DNA of 64,000 nucleotides. It comes from Cycas panzhihuaensis (lineage: Eukaryota > Plantae > Cycadophyta). Position 1 is the stretch's first letter, and each line of letters starts with the position of its first letter. The stretch spans positions 212,977,741-213,041,740 of the forward strand of contig CM041465.1 of NCBI GenBank assembly GCA_023213395.1, in the 5' to 3' direction. This document shows, one piece after another, positions 39,701 through 52,799 of the stretch. The position numbers and the translations under genes were made by a program. The notes below the pieces were generated by a model that was given only the letters and a program-made list of their open reading frames with translations, did no database searches and was not told the origin of the DNA.

Positions 39701-41404
39701 CATGGCTATGATAGATATTGAATTAGGTATATTTTAATCTTGTATTAAAGTTTCAGTTTTCCTAGTTAGTTATCAAGATGATCCTAATTGAGGCATGATG
39801 ATATAGCTAACTAAACCTCACCAATATTCTTGTTCAGTCTAGTCCCAACTTGAAACCCACACCTCCTTTATGGCATGGTACTCTACCAACTAAGGTATTT
39901 CAATCTTGGTGAGTGTGTGAACAGGTACAAGATGGCATAAAATAGTGTACATAATGCATTCCTTTTAATAAGAGTAAGAAGATTATCGAATTACATCAAA
40001 CGTACATTTAACTGAAAATAGAATACTTACTTGGAGTGATTTTGGAGTGCATGTTTAGAGAGTCTTTAGAGTGCTTGCTTAAAGTGATTTTGGAGTGATG
40101 AAATATAATGCTAATAAGTGAGTGAGGACACCAGATATTGCTTTGTTCTAGGTGTTTTTTTACTTACTTTTATAATGGGCTTTAAACCTTATAAAAAGAA
40201 GGAAGAAAATTTCTTCACATTTTTTTTAAAATATTAAAAGAAAAAGTAGTCTTCAATAAATTGACAATAACTTTCTCCCACGATAACGAAATGGAGTGCC
40301 AATTTTTGTGCTGCAAAATAGATTAGAGCTTCATCTTTAAGAAGTGGAATCAAGTTCAAATGAATTATAGAAAATGTTTAGCAATCCCTCAAAGTTAAGA
40401 GAATATATTTTTCTAGAATTCTTACTAAAAATAACTATTGTTCACTAAAACAATAATAGCTTTCTCATACGACATCAAAACTAGGTGTTGATTTTTGTGT
40501 TGGAAAGTAGACATAGAGACTCATCTTTGATAATTAGAATCAGGTCAATTAGAGCTCTTTAGAAGATTTGTAGATTTGTAAAGTTTAGCAAATAAATTTT
40601 ATTTCTATAGAAATTTTAGCTTACTAATATCTCATTAACACATGATACCATATGAAATTTCCATCATTTTTTTCTCACTAGGGTCCCAATATGAGAAAGG
40701 TGAGAGCATACAATGATGTATATTTTAAATGGATCTAAATTCTTTAAAAAAATTGGGTAAAACCTCCCCTTATAATCATTATTCTAAAAACTAGAAAATT
40801 TTCAACAACGTTTTTCCTTGTTAAAAGGGGAAAAAAAATGGGAAAGAAAAGAAAAATGAGATAGCATAAATGACCACCAATGATTGAAATCCTTGGGCCT
40901 TATAACTCCTTGTATTGTGCTTCCAAACCTACAAAAGAGAATGAGAAAGTAAACAATGCAAAATATGCTATGATAATAACTTGAAAATATTTCTAAATCC
41001 ACTTTCACAATCTCCTTCACCACATGGATTGTGGGGGGAGAAAGAAGTGATGGCTTCATTACAAGTGTAAGTGAGAAATATAAAGGAATAAAGCTCTAAT
41101 ACCACATGAAAATAGTGGATCTATCCTTTATTTCCATGCACTAAACACAAAGGTAAACATTGGAGCAAGAGAGACTTGAGAGAAAGAGAGAAGCTCTCAC
41201 AAAATGGGGAGGTAAGAATAAGCCTCCTCCATTGATCTTTTACTTTTATATTGAGAGAGGGAGCATTAGAGTTAGGTGAAATGAAATTACACATAATGCA
41301 CATGAAAGTGCATTTCACTTAAGTGATCTAATTTAAAGTTCACTTAAGACCCTTTTTAGAAATAATCAACTAATGTAATGACTTTGTGACATTAAACCTT
41401 TTCA
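33772..41404 (-). mobile_element. Element C: full-length decayed Ty1/copia nested in the integrase of the + strand copia
   Basis: 298-bp LTRs 33772-34069 and 41107-41404; TSD AACTA/GACTA (one transition); PBS gctctaatacca 41093-41104; PPT 34070-34080. Confidence 0.95.
34500..39068 (-). pseudogene. Copia gag-pol of element C
   Basis: WIMDIGAT (protease), LYSLKQAPRAW and LLIFVDDMLI (RT), SGYITFFGATPISWRS, DQVVDIFTKPL (RH). Confidence 0.92.
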
Positions 41405-44400
41405 GACTAATCCTTACACCCTCAATAAAATAGGGTAGTAGAAACAAAAAATAGGATAATTATTGGGATGGAAAGGAATATGCTTAAGGATAAGCATCTT
41501 TGCAATGAGTTTTGGGTAGAAGCTATTCATATAGTTATGTACTCATTGAATAAATATATAACAAAAGTAGTTAAATGAGTCATACTTGAAAAGGCTTCGG
41601 TAGGACACAAGCCTAATATCAATCACTTAAGGATACTTAGGTGAATAACATATATACATATTCCATAATATAAGGACCAAGTTGAATGGAAAAAGTACTA
41701 AGTACATATTTATAGGATATAGTGATATATTAAGATCCTATAAATTATATGACCTTAAGGGTGAAAGAATCATCATGAGCAGGGATGTCATCTTCAATGA
41801 AGATGGATTTTATCAAGAAAATGTTAATAAGGATAAAGAAGAAAGTATTATGGTTGATTTATAATCTAATATAAATGGTATAAATGTACTTATGTTAACT
41901 AGTATAAGTGTAGTAGGTCCATCCACTTCAAACCAAAAGGATCTAAAGCAGGTGTAAAGTGGCCATACCCCTTAAGATATTTTAGACATAAACTTTAATA
42001 GAAGAATAACTAAATCTCAACGGATAAACTTTACCTTAATAACATAACTTATGGAGACAAATTAGTCTAAAAACTTTAAAGAGGCAAATAGTCAAGATGA
42101 ATGGAAGGCAATAATGAAAGAAGAGTACAATGCCTTAGTAAAGGATGATACTTGGGAGTTAGTTGATATACCACCAAGGAAAAATGCCATTAAAACAAAA
42201 TGGGTCTATAAGACCAAGTACAAGTTAGATGGTTCAATTAATACATATAAGGCACAACTAGTTGTAAGGGGTTATGCTCAAATTGAATGCATAGATTATA
42301 ATGAAATATTTACACTTATAACATGGTTAGAAATAATTAAATTGATTATGGCCTTAGCTACACAACGTAGTTAGAAAATCCATTAAATGGATGTGAAGGG
42401 TGCCTTTTTTAATAGATATATTAATGAAGAAATATATATCTAATAACCTAAGAGTTTTGAGATAAAGGGTAAAGAAGACAAGGTCTTCAGACTCAAAAGG
42501 ACCTTATACAAACTTAAACAGGCACCTAGAGCATGATACTCTAGGATTGATACATACTTTAAGGATAAAAATTCCTAAGGAATCAATTAGACCCCAACTT
42601 ATATATTAAGTTAGAAGGAGGTTCAATATTGATTATGGGCTTATATGTCAATGACCTTGTATATACTAGGAATTATTATTACTTATCTCAAAAGTTTAAG
42701 GAAGATATATGCAAAGGATTTAAAATGATAGATTTGGGACTTATGCATTATTTCTTAGGCATTGAGGTATGGCAAGATGTAAAGGGGATCTTTGTATCAC
42801 AAAAGAAATATACATTGGATATGTTGCACAAATTTAATATGAATAGTTACAAGTCGCTTATAATACAAATAAAAGTTGGGTTGAAATTATCTAAGTTTGA
42901 GGAGTTTAAATTGATTGACCTTATTCTTTATAGATAGTTGATTGTGAGCCTTATTTACTTGAATTTAATTTGGCTAGATATTATCTATATAATTAGTGTG
43001 ATTTTCAAGTTTATACATGAGCCTAAGGTAAAATGTTGGCAGGTAACCAAAAGGATTCTTAGGTATCTTAAAGGTATTATTAGGAGTAGAGTACATTATA
43101 GGTCATCAAGTAATCATAAGTTGATTACCTATACAGACTTAGACTAGGTAGGTTGTGTAGATGATATAAAGTCTACATTAAGTTACGCATTTAGTTTAAG
43201 TTCAATACCAATAGTATAGAGTTCAAATAAATAGGTAACAATCTATCTTTCTTCTATAGAAATAGTGTACAAGGTAACTATAATAAGAGCTTATGAGATA
43301 ATTTAACTTAGGATATTACTTTAAGATTTACAAGAGGAATAGATTTGTCCTATATAACTATTTTGTAATAATCAAAGTATAATTTAAATGACTAAGAATC
43401 TAGCGTTTTATGATAGTACTAAATACATTGAAACACAACATCTCTTCATCAAAGAGCTAGTATAATAAGGTGAGTTAGAATTGGTCTATTGTAGTATAGA
43501 GGATTAGGTGGTAGACATCTTCGCAAAGGTACTTAGCAATATAAAATTAAGTAAATTTAGAGATAAAATTAAAGTCTTCTCAAGTGGGTATTATAGAGGA
43601 GAAATATTAGGATAATGCCCACATTAGGGCCATTTCCTAAATATTCATATGTTAGGAATATGTACTATTTATCAACTCCAGGTGGAAATGGACTTTAACG
43701 TGTGTGTCCAAAGTCTTGCCTATATATCTACGAGGTTTGACAATCCTAGTGTTTATTAACACCATCTTTACCATTTAGATACTTTATCTTTTTATGCTTT
43801 TGTATCTTCTTGTCATCTAATTTCCATCAAAATTAATATAACCATGCAACAACAAATGTAATACATTTTTGTTCTACCAAAAAATTACTAAAATAGTGAT
43901 ATTATAACAAATCCCTTATTCTAACTAATATAAGAACCACTCTTATAGGATACATAACCAAATTTATTGCAACTCTCTCTAAATCCACTTATTTCTTTTC
44001 CTTTTCTTCCAAGGAGCAACTTAGTGCTTCCTAAGGGCTCATCACACCTACTATAGGATACATGTTGAATGTTTCCCACCCTTAGGTTGGGTTTGAATAA
44101 GCCCTAAACTAATCATTCATAGCTTTTTAACTTATACTAATCTAAAATAAAAAGAAAATATATATCTTTTTTAAATAGCTAAAATACTTAAATATCACCA
44201 CACCATATAATTTGTGATTAAATTCCATTATAAATCAAGTACCATTATCACCTTTTTAATATCTTCGAGTTTTGCTTTACCTACAGAACAAAACCATGCT
44301 CTTAATGACCCTCAACTAATCTCCCTAAGATAAGAGTCTTATTAGTAGGAAAATACATTAATGACAATGGTTATTATCTCTATTAAGAATCCCCCCATAT

Positions 44401-45069
44401 AATAATGCTATTCAGAAACCACAAAAAGTTAAAACTCTCAACACTAACATTTTATCATCACAACTCATAATGTCTAATAATTTTCCTCCTAAATAAGTTA
44501 ACCCCTTAAAATTTTCTAACAACCTATAAATAATGTCATCCTTTTTCTATAACTTGGGTTGGGAGGCAAGGGTAGTACATCAACTCTTTTTATATTACAT
44601 TAAAATGTTGAACAAGGTGTGATACATGGATGATTATGTAGGGACACAATCTAATGATAATGTATCTATACTAATAACCTTAAACAAACATGATTTATAA
44701 CTTTAATAATAAGTACTTTCTCAATAACTAATTATCTATCAGCTTATACCACATTGATAATTAATTGTTGTATATCTTTTCATACTACCAACTCATATAT
44801 AAGGATACATACTCTAGTCAACTTTGCTAGTCAGCCTCTTAACTCATACCCACTCATATGGCATGGGAAAATTCTCTTGAATCCCCTTGGACCACATCTT
44901 ATTTTTTCTTAGAATTATTTACATAATGTTTATAATCACATGGACCTAAGAAATACATATGTCAATCAACCAAATATACTATGCCATAGTATTAGAAAAC
45001 ATAATTGTGCTACTAACACCACCTACTAATAAAAAGAATAAGAGTTTCTAATAATTAGAACACTATAAA

Positions 45070-46400
45070 TACCTATCCCTTAAGAAGTATCATCTTAATT
45101 GTGGGGTATTACTAATAATATCTTTAGAAATTTTTTTGCCATGATTTGCTAAGCATCAAGATCCTCTTTTTTAGGACTTACTTGCCTTATTAGTTCTATA
45201 TGGTTCTTTCTTGCTATAATAAGAACTCCACCACTTTCATAATAAGTTTGGAACCAAACTCTAGTCATATCTATAATCATTAAATTATATGATTTATATT
45301 TAGTATGCATTTCTTTAGCAAAGAAATATAAAAAATATTATATACTTACAAATTTATCCTAGGGAGAGGGTGTGGGCTAGCTCATATATTATAAATCTAT
45401 TTTTTTGTAGGACCTTAAATTATTCATGCTTTTAAGTATTTGGTATATTAAATTATTAAACTATTAATCTATTTCTTTTAGATTATATATATAAAAATAT
45501 ACAATCTTTTATTTTGAATCCCTTAGGCTATTTACGAAAGGCAAGTAGAAATTATACTCATCTTATGTCACTTCTATTAGTTCCCATAGTAAAGTGGTTT
45601 TCATAGATGTTCAAACTAATTAGCATCCTAAAATATCTTCATATAAGGATTTAAAAGTGTCATTTTGAAAAATTTTAGAAACTATTATTGTAAACAAATT
45701 CTACTAGATGCAATTAGTCTTCTCAAAAGTTTGGTTTATCAATCGCATACATCCTAAGTGTGTGCCTTTTCTATATTTTAGTTCATTTTTTAAATTTTTC
45801 CATGAGTTTGTGGGTGTTACATTGTACTAAATTTAAGCTTTATACCTAGCAACTCAAATAAAGATTGCTAAAATCAAGAAGTAATCTTGGAGACTCTATC
45901 CTTGATTATTACTTTGGGTATTCTAGGAAGGTACATTATTTCCTTGATAAAAAAATTAATGACTTTATAAGTGTATAAGATTCTTGAATGGTGTTAAAGT
46001 AGGTAGCTTTAATTAGGTAATTAATAATAGCAATGAGTATGTTATGTTATTTACTAAACGAAAGTAAACTAGCAATGAAATCCATGGAGATTTCCTTCCA
46101 CTTCCACATGAGAATATAAGAGCCTAAAGAAGACAAACATGATGTTAATGCTTTGTGTTACTTTTTGGTAATCTAAACAACTAGCCAATACTTTTCTATC
46201 TTGGGTTTTATTTTAGGGAAGAAGAAAAAATTGTACATTTGAGTAGGTTTTATACTAACCACCTTTGTCCATCATAAGCATGTTGTGGATTTTAAATAAG
46301 AAGTGATTTCTGATGGTCCTAATTGAGGTTATATACATGATCTCATATAAATGAGAAATGTCTAAGCTTAAATTATATTAAATAGAAATCCATAATCGAG
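45070..46400 (-). mobile_element. Decayed chromovirus-type gypsy integrase
   Basis: Minus strand WKWKEISMDFIASL...IINYLIKATYF at ~46110-45990; GPYK-like motif at ~45410. Confidence 0.7.
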
Positions 46401-49344
46401 GGGAAATGATTATAACAAATAATTGTATTCATTAGTTATAAGGTCATGACCTTCATTAAGATTGATATAAATACACATTAATCCCATGAATATTATTAAT
46501 TAATTAGTTTCTTTAAATTAGTGTCATAGCCTATTTCTTGTCCAAAAAGAATATTACACTTGCTTGAAGAAAAATTAGGATGATTTTCCATTATTTCTTC
46601 ATCTATCTATTCATTCTTATTTTTGTTCTCATTCTTCTTATTTCAATTGTTATCATCAACTTCCACTTCCTTATTATTTTCTTGACACCTTTTCATTATT
46701 GTTATCTCTATTCAATAGTTTCATTATTAAAATAACTCATTTAATTCCCTTTCTATTTTTAATCTATAGATTTCTTAAAAGAATTTTTATTGGCATTTCC
46801 TAATTAGCCTATTATTCTATCTTACTTTGTTATATTATTCCTTTTCATCTTTTATTATTATTATAATTATTTAATGTGGTCCATTGATTCTATTTATCTT
46901 CTTGTATGCATACATGTGGTCTTTTATGGAAGTGCATCCTTTAATAATAACTTGCTTAAATATTACATTTTATCAGCCTCACTATTGTCTTTCTCTATAG
47001 CATTAGCTTAGCATGCCAAATTATGTGTTGATCACCATTTGTGTCTATCCACCTTACTTACAACACGTCCATGCCCTAATCTACCTCTTTAATGCTCATT
47101 ATTTGTAGAACAACTACTCTTACTTACTCATCTTTGTTATAATAAAATATATAAACACTCACTATGCTTCATTCATTTTCTTATAACTATCATTGTAGTA
47201 TTGTTATGTATAGATAATTATTATAACAACCACATTATTGCCTCATCTTGGCATCTAGTAATACATCACAATTATAACTTGCATTGACTTGGTTATAATA
47301 ATTATTCATCCTCCCTTTTCTAGAAACTACATTTATTGTCTTATATCTACATCCATTAAGACATCATAATTATAGCTTATGTTATCCCAACTATAAAACA
47401 AGTTTATTCTATAATTTGTAACTCAACTATGCATTACCATCTTGATCTTGTTATATGTTATATGAATACATACTATTACATACTAGTTGAACCTTTAATA
47501 TTTTCTTATTCCTTAAGTTGGGGATTAGTAAGATTAAAGGAATAAAATCATTTAATTATCATTTGATTAAGGTTATATTAATTATCTACATGAGTAAGCA
47601 TTAAGTCCTATTTGCATTAAGATAAGCTGAACCTCATATGACTATATTCCATTTATAAGTATTCCTTAATACCTTTGAAAAAGAAGCAGAAAAAAATTTA
47701 TCTAGTTCATTCCTAAGGCAGCTATAATAAAGTAGTAAAAGAGCCATGCCAATAATTTTTATGATCATGATGAAAAGAGAAAATGGTAATATCATAAGAA
47801 GAAAAATTAAAAGAAATGTTAGTTAAGCTTGACCAATCAATTACCATGCTTGAAGTAATAGAAAGTAAAGTTTAAAATTAGGGAAGTTTTTAAAGTAAAT
47901 CTTTAATGAAATGAAAGATGCACATACTCAATAAATAAGAACTAAATCATCAACATGTCTCATTTAATATTAAATGTGTACATATATAACTCATGGTTCA
48001 AGGTTGTTAGAGATTGTTATATAACCACCTATCAACCTAACCATATAACTACTCACCAAATACTCTTTAAAAAAAAATCATAATGACCCCTATTAAACAT
48101 ATGACCCTTAAATTAAACTTTATATTCCAACATCCCCATATAATATTTAGTTTCTTATAATTAAAAATTGTACCAAATATAATCTATATTCTCTTGACAC
48201 TTTGCCATCAAACTATGTTACTCAGTATGCTTATACGCATGTTTCATCCTAAAAAGGTTGTTGGCATCCATATAAAGATATCACCATCCACCAGATCACA
48301 TAGGTGACTAGCCTTTATGTCTATAAGTTATCTAGATAATGTCTTCACATACATGATTCATGAACACTAAATAGATCTTTGTTTGGGTTACATTTCAACC
48401 CCTTCAACTACATAATTCATTGGTGTATATCTTAGGAGTAAGTTGAACTACCTGACTAGACAGATATTGTAAAGCTTGACATTCAAGAACAAGTTGTATT
48501 ACTTAACAAGCAATGTCTAGCAACCTATATCAATCTTGCATTTTATTATAAAAGATTCTCAACATCCACATTTGAATAAAAACTTGGTCACAAACATCAA
48601 GTGAAGGAAGTTGCATTCATGCCAACTTCCACCCATAACGAATATGAAGAGGGTAAATTCCTTAAGCCTCCAAACTCATTAATATTTATTCATTCATATC
48701 ATCATTAGCTCTTTGGTTGAAAAAAATCATCATACTATCATTAATAACTCCTTTGACCAAAACACATCATCAATGACTTCTTTAAGCTACAAAGCACACA
48801 TACAATAGTAATCAATTACTGCCTATTTACTATAGAGCTTTACATTTAAATCGTAACACAACTTCCATGACTAAATATAAAATATAAGGGTCTAAAGCTT
48901 CATAATTGGTTACTTTATTGTAACAACTTCACTTGTCTACCTTTAATTTTTAATTTAGTACCAATTTTTACTTCAATAAATAGGGTCATATTTTATGAAT
49001 CACATTATTTATCACTAGATGATACACATGCAAGAAGAAACTAATGAATAATTAAGTTAGAAAAAACCAATGAAACATAGATAACAACTTCATTATATTC
49101 TAAAAAATATTGCTTGCTTTTAAGCTAAGAGTCATTGAGCACTTGAGTATTAAATTCAACCTTTTTAAAGCTTTTTTTTTTTCTTTCTTAACCCCTTAAT
49201 GGGTTTGATTTCAACCTCTCTTTCCTTCACTATTGTTGAGGGTTTTCACTGCATTCTACTAATCCTCTTCAATTGTAAGTAGTTCTCAAAGAATATTAGG
49301 CTTATCCCATAATTTATAGTTACAAGATTATTTCTTATTTTTAT

Positions 49345-49931
49345 TCAATACTATAAATAAAATTCATAGCCTCACTTACAAGTCATATAACAACACCCAA
49401 ATTCCTTTTCAATCATAAGTTTACATCTTGTACAATATTGTCATTTGCTTTTCTTTAGCGAGATTGAAGAAGATCAAATCATCTCCCCCTTTCTTGGCAT
49501 GAGATAATTTCTAAAAATTGAAGCAATCTAGACCCACATGACATGGCACATTGCATTGGACATAAAATAGTCTTTTACACAACAAGTACTCTTAATGGGT
49601 GTCCCACTCAAGCATCTTGCTTCTTGTCCTCCTTGCAATAGGAGTGTAGAATAGTTTAAGAAAGGATAATAGAACCTTTCAAACTTAGGTATATCAACTT
49701 TAACTAGTTCCATAAACTATTCCACATATGTTTCAAAGCAGAGAATCATTATACATTAGTTAGGTGCCAAATATACCCCATAATCAAACTTTGGGCATTG
49801 TATGAGAACCACTTTCTGCCACCTCGTAGTAAAGATATATTGGACTACAAAATTAGAATAAAATTTATAGGGACATGCCATATTATCTAATATTTTAGAT
49901 GGGCATTTTGCTTCTAAATAGATTCCACATA
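49345..49931 (-). pseudogene. Captured RBR (RING1-IBR-RING2) E3 ubiquitin ligase fragment, RSL1-like
   Basis: LCGIYLEAK..MACPYKFYSNFVVQYI..IQCPKFDY (RING1); IPKFERFYYPFLNYSTLL..FYVQCNVPCHVGLDC (IBR); LAKEK..*QYCTRCKLMIEKEFGCCYMTCK*GYEF (RING2). Many Cys are decayed TGT>TAT. Confidence 0.88.
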
Positions 49932-50330
49932 ACTATTACATCTTGAGCAGTGGAAGTAATGAGTATAGTACTTCACTTTGACTATCACTCTATTTATAAC
50001 TACATCCTTTATGTGTGGCAATCATAATCATGGGGTCTATCCACCACTAATCTATTTAGTTAGTGAATTGGCAGGATCGTAGACATCTTTAAGCTCTGGT
50101 AGATGTGGTGCATGAGGAATGATTCCAGGATTCCTAGCAAAGGTAAGCAACAATGCTACTATCATCTAAAATGTAAATATAATTACCACCACTAGAATTG
50201 CATAATCGCTATCATATCTAGAGAACTTATGCAAAAGATTCCTAGTAGTAAGTATATAAAATATTATTATGGGAACCATAATTAAGAATATTATGGCAAC
50301 TAAAGATTGAATATTAGGTCCAAAGATGAT
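49922..50330 (-). pseudogene. Captured DHHC protein S-acyltransferase (PAT) N-terminal fragment
   Basis: IIFGPNIQSLVAIIFLIMVPIIIF...YAILVVVIIFTF*...LLLTFARNPGIIP...LPHIKDVVINRVIVKVKYY..HCSRCNSYVE matches plant PAT (RLIFGPD...TSARDPGI.P...PRTKEV.VNG..VKVKYC...HCSICNNCVE). No introns. Confidence 0.9.
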
Positions 50331-50589
50331 ATCCGATGTAGCTAAATCTTGGCCTTCATTAGAGAAATGAATAAAGGCAATATAATTTAATGACTTATAT
50401 TAGCTAGAATGGTTTATTCATGTAATGCTAAAGCCTCTATAAAAAGTTGTTCTAGATTTTGATAATTATGCAAAATAACTATAATGATGAAATGATTGAG
50501 AGGTGTTAGATGACTAAAATAAGAAAAGTCTATCAACTTTATATCTGTGGCTATAATGTTTTCTATAAAAACATCATCGTTACTTTTGT

Positions 50590-51385
50590 CTTTAGGCATG
50601 GTGGAGAGTATCTCTAAAATCATCTTTTTAAATTCCATACAAGTAGTCATTAAAGAGGGAAGAAGCTCAATGAATTGAATGACAACACTAATACTCCTAA
50701 TTAGACTCACGTGCTTACAAGAATAAATGACTCTCAATAGGCTCAACCTGGTAACCATTACCCTTGGATACCTCCTCTCCTTCATCAATTTTAATAAGCT
50801 AAACAAGAGCCTTAAGTTAGAGATGCTCTCAAACTTGGGCTTCTGGTTCTCTATGTTAAACATCCCTTCAATGAGACTTAAAGAGCTTATCTTTGTGTCT
50901 ATGATGCCCTCGTGTAGGAGGCCCATCATAAGTAACATCTTGGCTAATTGGGTCAATGTCCTCTTATACTCTAAATCTAATGGTAGTTGTACCAAGATCC
51001 CAATGGCCTCGACGCTGACCCCATACAATGTGAAGGGGCCTAGGAGGGACAATAGCAATGTAATCCCTCCTTCTTCCACCACCACCTTCTTTGTATATTT
51101 CTCAGTCCACATCAACCCATGGAGTGTAGAGAGTGTCTATATTCTACTTTGGTGCTTGGCCTTAGGCAGCTTCTTTAGAAGGAACTTAACCCTAGTCCTC
51201 ATATCACTTACTTATATGTTCTATAGGGAAGAATCTTTATGAATACTAATTGGATATGAAGTAACAAAGGGTGGAATTGGGCATTAGCGACATGTCTTAG
51301 ATCTCCTACATTGTTATACGAAATATGTAATGCTTGGTTGTGAACCACTTTTACTATGAGAGAATATAATTTGGATTCCTAGGTT
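50590..51385 (-). pseudogene. Captured plant U-box/ARM E3 ligase fragment, PUB30/PUB31-like
   Basis: KKLPKAKHQSRI...KKVVVEEGGITLLLSLLGPFTLYGVSVEAIGILVQL...AKMLLMMGLLHEGIIDTKI...IELLPSL matches the PUB30/31 ARM region. The U-box itself is mostly missing. Confidence 0.88.
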
Positions 51386-51980
51386 TGAGATATGCCATCT
51401 TGAGAAGGACGAGAATGGCAACCTCTCAACCTACGTTCTGATACCAAATGAAGGATGTGCATACTTGATAAATAAGAACCAAATAATCAACATATCTCAT
51501 TAAGTATCAAATGTGTATATATATAACTCATGGTTCAAGGTTGTTAGAGATTATTACATAACTGCTTAACCACCTAACTACTCACTAAATACTTTTTAAT
51601 TAAAAATCATAATGACACCCATTAAACATATGACCCTTGAATTAAACATTATATTCTAACATAAATATTAAAATTAAAAAAAAAAGGAAAAAAAGAAATA
51701 AAACAAAATCATGGATGATAAGGAGAGAACCAAGCCACTTAAAAAGGATTACCATATATTGCTACTAAAATTAAATAAATTAATGAGTTATCAAGGCAAT
51801 ATCAAAAGAAGATTAGATGGGTAAGACACAATGATAGGCAAAATCTTACGGGTATATTTTTTTGATGAGTTATTTACAAGAAAAGGGAAAGGTAATTCCA
51901 TCATATTACGATAGTTTTTTGGTTTAAATTCTAACATATATTTTTGTAGATAGTTATACAAGTAGGATTGTAATTGTTAT

Positions 51981-52134
51981 ACTACCATTTAGTTTTTTGT
52001 TTCTCTTATAGGTAAAGGTCATCTTATTTAATTTTCATATGTATTTTAAACAGCCTCACTACCATTTAGTTTTTTGTTTCTCTTATAGATAAAGGTCATC
52101 TTATTCAATTTTCATATGTATTTTAAACAACCTC
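51981..52134. repeat. 77-bp tandem duplication
   Basis: actaccatttag...aaca(g/a)cctc x2. Confidence 0.92.
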
Positions 52135-52799
52135 CTTGACTTGTAATCACCTTTTTTTGGATTTGTAATATAATAGTTGGTTTATTTAGGAAATAAAGGG
52201 GGGAAAGTGGGGAAAATAACCCAATGAACCTAAATAATAAAAATGGAAAGGTATTTTTTAATTATAAGAATAAGGGGGCAATAAAAAAAATGATCAACTT
52301 TGTTATTTCATAATTGGAAGGTTAGAGCATATCAATGATGGAATTACAAGGAAAGATATTTGAATTAGAAGGGAATTAAGCCAACTTGGGAGAAATTCAC
52401 AATTGTTTTTTTCTTAGATGGAGTAGTTAAGACGGGATAATTATTATTATTTCTAATTTTGTAAACTAAAACAAAAATAAATAGGGAAGGAACATAGTTA
52501 AGAACTTATAGGATTATTATATTTGGTTAAACACATTCTACCTAATCACCAAGTAGAATTATACATTAAAGGATAACAATTACAACTACAAATTCAAATC
52601 AAGATGTAGAACTGACTTAACTTAGGCACATTAATTAAATAGGTTCATCAGTTAGAAATAAAGGTGAAAACATATAAATGCATATATATTTTCCCATTGA
52701 TTAAGGCCTCTCACTTGCTTTAGTTAAGGTTTAATCCCATTTAGAAGATTAAAATGCTAAGTTTTCAATGTATGAACATTTATTACTAAGTATAGATCA

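Larger units (their letters stand above)
31830..43854 (+). mobile_element. Decayed Ty1/copia, host of element C (31830-33771 and 41410-~43854)
   Basis: gag MASNINNIIVPKFDGTN, LQLIYTDLYG (INT), KWVYKTK...IDYNEIF (RT), TKYIE (RH), PPT agaggagaaa ~43594 and a probable 3' LTR to ~43854. 5' LTR not found. Confidence 0.88.
47912..51661 (-). mobile_element. Element D: TRIM/LARD-like non-autonomous LTR element filled with host gene fragments
   Basis: Short LTRs 47912-48132 and 51449-51661 (TG..CA); PBS gttctgatacca 51435-51446; remnant PPT tcccc at 48133; TSD imperfect (TGAAA/TAAAT); no gag or pol. Confidence 0.9.

Noticed and set aside
48250-48285. YLYMDANNL as a viral/Maverick DNA polymerase B motif
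   Set aside because: An isolated short match without the following YG or any other polB motif.
50414-51115. 233-aa ORF as a functional U-box gene
   Set aside because: It lies inside an LTR element, lacks the U-box, has an upstream in-frame stop and is fused to unrelated sequence.
50727-51242. 171-aa + strand ORF
   Set aside because: Antisense shadow of the PUB30/31-like fragment; no recognisable motifs.
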